From the IMG/VR virus record IMGVR_UViG_3300033066_000802, positions 90,612 through 154,611 of that record: a stretch of 64,000 nucleotides of DNA; one strand, given 5' to 3'. Of the stretch, positions 20,623 through 28,678 are shown piece after piece. The position numbers and the translations under genes were made by a program. Origin of the DNA: a virus (lineage: Duplodnaviria; Caudoviricetes). Under the pieces are notes generated by a model. That model searched no databases and was not told the origin of the DNA. It saw nothing but the letters and a program-made list of their open reading frames with translations. How positions within the stretch are numbered: position 1 is the stretch's first letter; each line of letters begins with the position of its first letter.

Positions 20623-21051
20623 ATGATCAAAACCCCGAAAAAAAAGACAAAACCAAAATCAACCAAATCTACAGGTAAGATTGGTAAATTATTTAAAAAG
20701 ATGAAAGGTACCTCAAATCTTGAATATAATTTTGCAAAATTATTGGATAAATTAAAAATTTCATATATACAACACTATACATTCAAAAAAAGAGAATTTG
20801 ATTTCTTATTAGTTGATTATAATGTCCTGGTTGAAACACATGGTTGTTTCTTCCACTGTTGTAAAGAAGATAAGATTGAACCGAAGTATCCATTCCAAAG
20901 AAATAACATAAAGAATGATACTCATAAGGCTAAATTAGTTAAATTTGATCCAACCTATAAGTTATTAGTTGTCTGGGAACATGAAATGAAAAATTCAAAA
21001 CTATTGAAGGAAAGAATAAATTCATTTTTAGATAATTTACTTACCGATTAA
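20623..21051 (+). CDS. Vsr/DUF559-like endonuclease
   Basis: SNLE...FDF...LVETHGCFFH...ND..K...LLVVWEHE. Confidence 0.8.
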   Translation: MIKTPKKKTKPKSTKSTGKIGKLFKKMKGTSNLEYNFAKLLDKLKISYIQHYTFKKREFDFLLVDYNVLVETHGCFFHCCKEDKIEPKYPFQRNNIKNDTHKAKLVKFDPTYKLLVVWEHEMKNSKLLKERINSFLDNLLTD

Positions 21052-21065
21052 CACTATTTATTAAT

Positions 21066-21584
21066 ATGAATATTGAAACATATTATAAATTAATTGGGTT
21101 ATCTGAAGTATATTCTAAAAATTATTGTGATAATAATTTAGAATTAATAGCTTGTGGTTCTGGTCGTTGTGTTTATACCATAAATAAAGATAAAGTAATT
21201 AAAATAGCCATTAATAAATTTGGTGTTTTTCAAAATTTTGTCGAGGGTATGATTTACGATAGAAATCGTGAAAGTGAAACATTAAATAGAGTACATAAAT
21301 ATGACACTGAAAATGGTAATTACATAATAATGGATAAAGCTAATAATATTACAAATAGATTATTTAATGATTTAACTAAAATATCATTCACAAATTACAA
21401 ATATATTTTAAAAGGCAATAAAAAAATTAATAATACCATAATTAACGATCTTGTTAATACAATATATAATGAAGAATTAGATATTAGCGATATGACAAAA
21501 TTAAATTCTTATGGTATAGTTAATGATAAAATCAAAATCATTGATTACGGTTTCACTGAAAAAGCAAAAGAAATATTTAAATAA
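21066..21584 (+). CDS. minimal protein-kinase-like protein
   Basis: Gly loop ACGSGRCVY, VIKIA Lys, QNFVE Glu, DMTKLNSYG catalytic-loop-like, IIDYG (DFG-like). Confidence 0.7.
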   Translation: MNIETYYKLIGLSEVYSKNYCDNNLELIACGSGRCVYTINKDKVIKIAINKFGVFQNFVEGMIYDRNRESETLNRVHKYDTENGNYIIMDKANNITNRLFNDLTKISFTNYKYILKGNKKINNTIINDLVNTIYNEELDISDMTKLNSYGIVNDKIKIIDYGFTEKAKEIFK

Positions 21585-21591
21585 TTATTAT

Positions 21592-21882
21592 TTATGATGT
21601 TTCAAACTCGAATATTAAATCATATTCCGATATTTCATTATTAACTTCATGTGAATATATATTAAAATTTAATATTCCACTATTAATAAAATCATTTATA
21701 GTAAAATTATATGATAATTGTTGTTTAATAGCATTATCTAAACGTTCCTCAACAATATCAATTTCATTATCATCAAAACTTTCATCCAAAATTTTATTAT
21801 ATTCGTTTCTAAGATTCATTATATCTTGATTGATTTCAATTATCTTTTCTATTTTACCAAGCCTTAATTTCATTTTGTACAT
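21592..21882 (-). CDS. hypothetical protein
   Basis: 96 aa ORF with a TACTTTTG (TAnnTTTG) element upstream at 21900-21907. Confidence 0.55.
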   Translation of the reverse strand: MYKMKLRLGKIEKIIEINQDIMNLRNEYNKILDESFDDNEIDIVEERLDNAIKQQLSYNFTINDFINSGILNFNIYSHEVNNEISEYDLIFEFETS

Positions 21883-21919
21883 ATAAATTTATTTTACAAC
21901 AAAAGTAATAAAACTTATC

Positions 21920-22810
21920 CTAAATACCTAATTTTTCTTTTAGATCAGATATAACCCATTCAGTATTATTTTTTATATCATTCTCCCAATACCTTATTAA
22001 TTGAATATTATTATCGACACATAGTTTATTTTTAAAATTATCGTTTTTAAGTGTGATTTCTTGAACTTTATATTTCGTATCTTTATATTTAGTATTTGGA
22101 TTACAGTGGTAGAAATCCCCATCAACTTCAATTAATATTTTATATTCTAACAGGTAATAATCAAATAATCGTTTTTTAAATTCAAATTGTGATTCAAATA
22201 AAATATTTAAATTATTCAATATATTATCAAAAATTATTTCTAATTTTGATTTTTTTGATGATTGTTTACTTTTTAACCATTTAATTCTTTTTTCCGATTG
22301 TTTATTTCTTTTTTCGATATTTGAAATCCATGAATTAATTTGCCAATCTCTATTTTTTTGTTTTTGTTCGTCAGTTCTTTTAATATTTTTAGATAATAAA
22401 CTTTTAGATATATTATTTCCTCTTTCCAAATTACTTCTTGTTTTTTCAGAATAAATTTTAACTCTTTCATCAGTATCTTCAGTAAGTCCCTTATTCCATA
22501 TAGCCAATAAACCACTTTGATACATTTCCGTCTGTTTTTGATGCGATTTTTCAAGAGATGTTGGATTGTGACCCCAATTATTTTTTATCCTGGAAATATG
22601 CCCTTGCTTGTATTCTCTATAACCAAGAACATCACCTAAATATTTAGTAGTTTCACCACAACCGCACTTACAAGTTGGTTTATCCGACTTTAATTTATAT
22701 TTTAAATAAATTTCCTCAGATGATATCTGGTGTTTACGACTCATATGTTTTCTAAAAGAATTATAATTATTAAATTGTTTTTCACAAATATTACAATAAA
22801 AAAGTTCCAT
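21920..22810 (-). CDS. free-standing homing endonuclease: C2H2 zinc finger + CxCGCG + DUF559/Vsr-like nuclease
   Basis: CNICEKQF...HMSRKH; CKCGCG; SKLE...FDY...IEVDGDFYHCNP...ND..KN...LIRYWE. Confidence 0.8.
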   Translation of the reverse strand: MELFYCNICEKQFNNYNSFRKHMSRKHQISSEEIYLKYKLKSDKPTCKCGCGETTKYLGDVLGYREYKQGHISRIKNNWGHNPTSLEKSHQKQTEMYQSGLLAIWNKGLTEDTDERVKIYSEKTRSNLERGNNISKSLLSKNIKRTDEQKQKNRDWQINSWISNIEKRNKQSEKRIKWLKSKQSSKKSKLEIIFDNILNNLNILFESQFEFKKRLFDYYLLEYKILIEVDGDFYHCNPNTKYKDTKYKVQEITLKNDNFKNKLCVDNNIQLIRYWENDIKNNTEWVISDLKEKLGI

Positions 22811-22905
22811 ACATTTATATTTTATTATAAATATATAGAACTTAATGGTAAAGTCAATGTATGATAAAGGTATTTTAGTATTTCTATATTAGAATATAAT
22901 ATTTG

Positions 22906-23394
22906 TCAGTAAACTAATATAGCTCTATCGTAACGGATAGTGATATCAATATCAGCTAAATCACCAACTGAATAATCTAATGTACCAAAATCACTTGAAG
23001 TTATAAATGAACCTTGAAGTATCCATTTTTCAACAACAACACCTGTTGGGTCTAACATCTCAATCTCAATATCCTTTTTATAACCAGCCGCATAACCCAT
23101 TCTACCTGTAACAGACTCAGCACAAAGACGAATCCATTCCATAATAGCTTGTGATGCTGAAGGACCTATTGGATCTCTAAGTTTAAGAGAAATTGTTTCC
23201 CATTTAAACCTACCTGCAACAAAAGTTGAAGTGTTCAAAAATGGTATTTCAACCTCATCTACCGTTACCTTTGGTCTTGCAGCTGTTTGCACAAACCATT
23301 CGTTAATACCTAATGCACTTGGAAACCTAAATATAAACCTATTTTTCTTTTTTGGTTCATATGGTACGGGCATTTTCATCAATAAATTAGCCAT
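22906..23394 (-). CDS. tail tube protein (T4 gp19-like)
   Basis: EPKKKNRF...RPKV...VAGRFKWETI...YKKDIEIEMLDPTGVVVEKWILQG...FGTLDY; follows the sheath gene. Confidence 0.92.
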   Translation of the reverse strand: MANLLMKMPVPYEPKKKNRFIFRFPSALGINEWFVQTAARPKVTVDEVEIPFLNTSTFVAGRFKWETISLKLRDPIGPSASQAIMEWIRLCAESVTGRMGYAAGYKKDIEIEMLDPTGVVVEKWILQGSFITSSDFGTLDYSVGDLADIDITIRYDRAILVY

Positions 23395-23540
23395 GTTATA
23401 TTCTTTAAATTAAATTTTTATTCTTATACAAATAAATAGTTGAAAATCTGAAACATTCAATTAGTTAAAAAAATATGTGTAATTTTTTTCATTAAAACTT
23501 GACTTAATGAATTTGTTTTTATATTTTTGTATATATAGTA

Positions 23541-23645
23541 TATAATATTAGGTCCTAAAGTTAATATATTATATATAATATAGGTCCTAAATAATATATA
23601 TTATATATAATAAGGTCCTAATAATATATATATTAGGAACCTTAT
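23541..23645. repeat. spaced near-palindromic TAGGTCCTA repeats with pure A/T spacers
   Basis: taggtccta at 23549 and 23581, aaggtccta at 23612, taggaacct at 23634; spacers of the aatatattatatataata type. Confidence 0.85.
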
Positions 23646-23654
23646 TACAATTTT

Positions 23655-26600
23655 TTATATGTTTTCAAACGATACACTTGTCGGTGTAATATTGAATTCC
23701 AGATCAATAAATTCCAATGCATCAATTGGTTTAAGGTGAATTTTACCTTTCATTGTATTTCTATCAGAATCAGATACTGGATCTAACTTAATTCTAAAAT
23801 CACTTAAACCTCTTTCCTTTCTGATATTATCCAATATTGGATTAACTAAAGATAAGAATTGTGACCTTACAGCTGAATCATTAGGATCAAATAATAATCT
23901 ATTTGAAACTGATATAATAAGTTTTCTTGCTTGTAATAACAATCTTCTAATATTCAACCTATTAAGCGCACTATCTCTCAATTGTAAGTTTCTATTACCC
24001 CATATTACAGTACCAACATCAGAGAAGGTTGCAATCGGATTAATTCTTGCTGGATATAATAAATCTCTCGATTCCTGATCTAATACAATTCTTGTTCTTT
24101 TACAGTTAACCAAACCTCTGTTATAACCAGCCGTAGCAAACCAAGGGAATGAAACGTTATCGGTATATGCTAAGTTTCTTACAACTTCAGCGGTTGGTGG
24201 TATCCATAAGTAGGCGTTATTTTCAACATCAGCAATTTGTATCCAAGGGTAGTAAACCGCAGTATAGTTCGAATCCAAATTAAGATTATCCATTTGTTCA
24301 GATATATCATTTGGAAAATACCAATCATCTGTGTTAGCTGAATTTGTATTGTTATACAAACCTATATCAGGTAATGTTGGTATATAAATCGAATCCAATC
24401 TTTTTTCTTCAACTATTTCAATTACAGCTTGACATAATTGATTGTTATTAATAACATCAATACCTGGTGTAACTAATATGTTTATATTAACTTTTTCAGG
24501 ATTTTGGAAAGTTTTATAGCCGTATAAGAAAGCGTAATAGTCAGATGAACCAAATGTTTCATCATATTCAGCATTAGCAAATGTAGCAAAATCACCGTTT
24601 ACGAAACCTGATTGACCTATTCTATAAAGGTCAGTTGTCGTTCTTGACTCCCTATACATATCCCATGCATCAAAACCACCTGATAATACAGCTGTGAACT
24701 TTCTTGTTCTGATATCATAATATGGTTCGTCAATATCTGTTGCTAAAACAACAGAATCTGTAAATTGACCAACACCAACTTCGAATAAATCAGCATCAGC
24801 GTTAACATCCAAGTGGAAACCTTTAGTTTTTTCACCCCATTCATTACCAGTATTATATGTTAAAGTACCTGTAGCATTTACTCTACCTTGGAACTTAGTT
24901 ATATCGGTATCAAAACCATAATCAACATCACTGAAACCTAAATATGTTTTTCTTACTTTATCACCAGAGGATACTAAATCAGCACCCAATGGATTAGATT
25001 GCCATACTTCACCAGGTACAAAATACTTAGTTTTATATGTAATTTCAGGAACACCTAATTCCAAATCAGAATGTGTTTTGAAATTATAACCATCAAAACC
25101 ACATGGTACCGCATCAGATGGTGCATTTTCAGCTATCTCAATTAATATATATGAACTATTTACAGTATATTTATTATCTACAGTACCCACCAATCTACCA
25201 ATAAATCTACTACTTAATTCATTCATTGAACAGTTAGTGTACCTTTCAATAATAACAGGTGTTTTATCCGTATCTTCAAATCTCCTTACATATAAGTCGA
25301 ATGTCTTTTTAGCTAAATCAACGTTTGCAATTGAAATTTTAATTTCAGTATTAGCGTGATCACCATCAGATATTGATATAACTCTGAATAAGTTCTCAGC
25401 CACACCACCCCTCAATTCAGAAACAAAGTAAGGTGTTGCTGGTGATTGGAATTGGAATTTAAAATGATCCCATGCTCCAGATTCACCACGTGGTATATGT
25501 ATTAATTCAGGATATAAACCTTTAACATAACCATTTAACCATCCTTTAGCTAAAGCAGAGTTATAAACGTCCTCAACATAAAGATTAGTTGATTTATCAA
25601 AGTTAGTTAAACCTAACACATTTTCAATATAGTTCTTTTTACTCGTATCTAAAGATACGGTATATGTAAATGGTGTTGATGTAATTGTAGAACCTGTAAT
25701 TGTGAAATCAGCATATGGGTCACCACCAGTTAAACCTGGAGCTATACCTACAGTTGAACCGCTAACTAAAAATTCTAATTCATCATTAACATACAAACCC
25801 TTACCTCTTATAGTCGCAACCAATTTATTATGGTATAATGCTACAGGTGAAGCTTCATAATCAACATTATAAAGTATTACCTTACCAGATATTGTTGTAC
25901 CAGTTCCAAGCTCAACTTCATCAGTTGTTAATATGAAAGCTCTTCCGTAATAAGTACCACCTGTATAGGTAAACTCTGTGTTAATATAGTAATTATCTTG
26001 ATCTATTGTTGGTAATCCTGATGGATAAACATAAGCATCCCTTGTTAAAGGTGCTGTATTACTATATGTTGATGTATTTTCTGGTGATGTTGCACCTGAT
26101 GTAACAAGATCAGTTGTACCTGATGGTATCAAACCCCAATGGAATACATCGTGTTTCCAGAAGTTCTTAGTTGTACCAGTAGCTGTTGTGTATTTAGTGA
26201 AATATGCAGCGTAAGCGTCAGCGAACTTAGTCGTAGCAACGTTTGTTTGTGTTCCAAGCTCTGTTAATAAGTTGGTTGATGTTCCAGACACATAATAAGT
26301 TGAGCTATTGGTATTACCAGTAAAGTATACCTCAATAGCTGATGATGTTGTACCTGTTAAAGTATCACGATCAATCGATCCAATTGTTTTAAGTGCAAAA
26401 GCATCACCCTTATCATAACCAGATAAACCAAGAATACGGGTTACGTATAACTGATTTGATTGTGTAAGGTAATTTTTAGCAATATATGATAACTCATATT
26501 TTACTATTTGTGTATTTCTAAACTTTTCAGGATTAATACCACCAAAAATTGTTGAGAATTGATCATAATTCTTAACAGGAATTGGTTGAAACGCAGGACC

Positions 26601-26714
26601 TTTTACGGTTTCACCCGCTGCACCCAAAGTCGTAACACCCAAAGTTTCGATACTGTATGTTAGATCTTTTTCTGAGGTGTAGACACCTGGTGACGCATAA
26701 ACTCTATTAGCCAT
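23655..26714 (-). CDS. tail sheath protein
   Basis: SPGVYTSEKD...GETVKGPAF; YYPW...PWFATAGYNRG...LYPARINPI...WGNRNL...LNIRRLL; contractile sheath motifs. Confidence 0.96.
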   Translation of the reverse strand: MANRVYASPGVYTSEKDLTYSIETLGVTTLGAAGETVKGPAFQPIPVKNYDQFSTIFGGINPEKFRNTQIVKYELSYIAKNYLTQSNQLYVTRILGLSGYDKGDAFALKTIGSIDRDTLTGTTSSAIEVYFTGNTNSSTYYVSGTSTNLLTELGTQTNVATTKFADAYAAYFTKYTTATGTTKNFWKHDVFHWGLIPSGTTDLVTSGATSPENTSTYSNTAPLTRDAYVYPSGLPTIDQDNYYINTEFTYTGGTYYGRAFILTTDEVELGTGTTISGKVILYNVDYEASPVALYHNKLVATIRGKGLYVNDELEFLVSGSTVGIAPGLTGGDPYADFTITGSTITSTPFTYTVSLDTSKKNYIENVLGLTNFDKSTNLYVEDVYNSALAKGWLNGYVKGLYPELIHIPRGESGAWDHFKFQFQSPATPYFVSELRGGVAENLFRVISISDGDHANTEIKISIANVDLAKKTFDLYVRRFEDTDKTPVIIERYTNCSMNELSSRFIGRLVGTVDNKYTVNSSYILIEIAENAPSDAVPCGFDGYNFKTHSDLELGVPEITYKTKYFVPGEVWQSNPLGADLVSSGDKVRKTYLGFSDVDYGFDTDITKFQGRVNATGTLTYNTGNEWGEKTKGFHLDVNADADLFEVGVGQFTDSVVLATDIDEPYYDIRTRKFTAVLSGGFDAWDMYRESRTTTDLYRIGQSGFVNGDFATFANAEYDETFGSSDYYAFLYGYKTFQNPEKVNINILVTPGIDVINNNQLCQAVIEIVEEKRLDSIYIPTLPDIGLYNNTNSANTDDWYFPNDISEQMDNLNLDSNYTAVYYPWIQIADVENNAYLWIPPTAEVVRNLAYTDNVSFPWFATAGYNRGLVNCKRTRIVLDQESRDLLYPARINPIATFSDVGTVIWGNRNLQLRDSALNRLNIRRLLLQARKLIISVSNRLLFDPNDSAVRSQFLSLVNPILDNIRKERGLSDFRIKLDPVSDSDRNTMKGKIHLKPIDALEFIDLEFNITPTSVSFENI

Positions 26715-26815
26715 ATTTTGATTTTTTTGTTTTAACTTATTATCTTAAAGATAAATATTAGAAATTTGACCAAAATACTTTACTTTCATATAATAATTTG
26801 TACTTTCAGCAAATT

Positions 26816-27583
26816 TTATCCATTTGTAAGGATAATTCGATTTATGGCTGGGACAACTGTAAAGTCATCAGGATCTAAAATAAAACCTTGTAATATGAAA
26901 TTATACGTATGAACGTAAAATCTTCTTTGTTGTGAGTCGCTTATTTGGCTTTCATCAGAATCATCTTCCATTAAAATTGGAATATGGTGACCATTAACTA
27001 ATGTATATGCTTGTAAACTTCTAAATTCCTTTATTACTATTTTATTAAATAAATTTAAATCTGTTTGTCTTGTTGTGAATAGACTAACATTATAAATAAT
27101 ATCAATAGGTGTTGGCATTGGAATTTTATATAAATCAACACCTTTTCTATTCCCATCCCATGTTGGTACCTCAGAAAAGAAGTAAGATAGGTTTCCTGGT
27201 ATGTTGTTTAGTAGATTAACATTTGTACCTGGTCTTGTATTAGGTTGTCTAACAATCGTGAGGAATGGCATCTGGATTGATTTATTTTCATCTGTAAATT
27301 GCCATGTTTCTGAAAATTCATTCCATTTTTGTAAACTAAGCCAAATATTTGGTAATTTCACATTATCAATTACCGCACTAAGTTTGTCATTTACAAATGA
27401 TTTAAACCCTTTATCCAAATCATAGTGCAATACACCATTCGGTAGATACGTAGATTTATCGATAATTAGATCTTTCATTGCCTCAGCTGCCGCACTTTTC
27501 ATATTACCCGATTGAGGGTATTCTGAGTTAGGTGGTAAACCATATGCATTAATATTTTTCTTATATGTTTGTGGTGTAGCCAT
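26816..27583 (-). CDS. tail terminator/tail completion protein (T4 gp15-like)
   Basis: MPFLTIVR...PTPIDIIYNVSLFT; located between neck and sheath. Confidence 0.65.
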   Translation of the reverse strand: MATPQTYKKNINAYGLPPNSEYPQSGNMKSAAAEAMKDLIIDKSTYLPNGVLHYDLDKGFKSFVNDKLSAVIDNVKLPNIWLSLQKWNEFSETWQFTDENKSIQMPFLTIVRQPNTRPGTNVNLLNNIPGNLSYFFSEVPTWDGNRKGVDLYKIPMPTPIDIIYNVSLFTTRQTDLNLFNKIVIKEFRSLQAYTLVNGHHIPILMEDDSDESQISDSQQRRFYVHTYNFILQGFILDPDDFTVVPAINRIILTNG

Positions 27584-27585
27584 AA

Positions 27586-28107
27586 TTAAAATCCTTTAAA
27601 TTGATCACCCTCAACTGTAACACATATTATTTTTTTATAATAAGATTTAAAATTGTTATGTTTTTGTGCCGAGGATGTTATATAATTTGGGTTTGAAACT
27701 GAGAAATATTTAAGTTGTGTTTCAGTTTCAGCATACCCAATAATGTCACCATAATTTATTTCCACACCTTTTTTTTGTAATTCTTTCAAAAAGACTATAA
27801 ATTCAAGATTACCAAAATTTTCATATCTTAGTGTACCTTGATTTTTATTATATGTTTCATTTGTTGCTGGGTTAACAGTTAATAAGACATTTAATTCTAC
27901 AGGTGGTAAATAAACAACGTCACTAACCTTGGATTCATTATAAACATCATCATATGTTGTATTTTTACGATCAATCCGATATAAAATAACCCTAAAATTA
28001 GAATCCTCCTGTATTATATCCTGGGAAATTCCAACATCAAAGTTAAAATCAGCCTCATCATAAAACATTGAAAGTCTGGTATTTGGTATTTTATTTTTTC
28101 CGTCCAT
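27586..28107 (-). CDS. neck/head-closure protein (gp14-like)
   Basis: VILYRID...DDVYNES...PPVEL...INYGDII; position upstream of the tail terminator. Confidence 0.6.
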   Translation of the reverse strand: MDGKNKIPNTRLSMFYDEADFNFDVGISQDIIQEDSNFRVILYRIDRKNTTYDDVYNESKVSDVVYLPPVELNVLLTVNPATNETYNKNQGTLRYENFGNLEFIVFLKELQKKGVEINYGDIIGYAETETQLKYFSVSNPNYITSSAQKHNNFKSYYKKIICVTVEGDQFKGF

Positions 28108-28137
28108 ATATAATAAATAGTTTGTGTAAGTAATATG

Positions 28138-28168
28138 TTGACTTTATCATTTTTTTTTATTACTATTG
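28138..28168 (+). promoter_or_regulatory. host-type promoter at the strand switch
   Basis: TTGACT-N17-TACTAT(TG), a few nt before ATG 28175. Confidence 0.55.
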
Positions 28169-28174
28169 TATATT

Positions 28175-28678
28175 ATGGAAGCAGCTCAATTTATTGATAG
28201 TTTAAGAGAAACAATTGAAATTATGGAACCAATCGAAGGTTTTGACGATTGTATTTCAGAAAAAACCTCTTATAGGTTTGGTGAATATTGGGTTTTAACA
28301 TACGATTTTGATAAAATTAGAAAAAAATTAGGAAAGAATTTTACCGAAAACCAAACACTTAATTACATATATAAAAATTTTAATTATAAAAATAATTGTT
28401 TTGTAAAATTCTTTAATAAAATAACACCGAATAAATTATCCAAATTATATGGTAATGATATGTTATATGCTGATGGATTTAAAGATGCTTTAGTTGGTGT
28501 TAGATTTGGTTTTGATGATAATAAAAATATTGCTGTATATGATTACGATTTATGTGTGTCGACTATGATGGAACAGAGTGAAGAAATGGACGAAATGGAT
28601 GCTATTGAATATATGGAGTATAATACAGTAGGTGCTTACGTGGGAGAATATACCCCATGTTTTTTAATGACATTGTAA
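28175..28678 (+). CDS. conserved phage hypothetical protein
   Basis: ATG at 28175; C-terminal ADGFKDALVG...AVYD...AIEYMEYNTVGAYVGEYTP domain common in phages. Confidence 0.7.
   Translation: MEAAQFIDSLRETIEIMEPIEGFDDCISEKTSYRFGEYWVLTYDFDKIRKKLGKNFTENQTLNYIYKNFNYKNNCFVKFFNKITPNKLSKLYGNDMLYADGFKDALVGVRFGFDDNKNIAVYDYDLCVSTMMEQSEEMDEMDAIEYMEYNTVGAYVGEYTPCFLMTL

Noticed and set aside
22273-22554. 93-aa alternate-frame ORF inside the free-standing endonuclease, as a second overprinted gene
   Set aside because: K/I/L-rich with no recognisable motif; short enough to arise by chance
23541-23645. Possible mini CRISPR array
   Set aside because: Repeats are only ~9 nt, spacers are near-identical A/T runs and not unique sequences, and no cas genes are in the window
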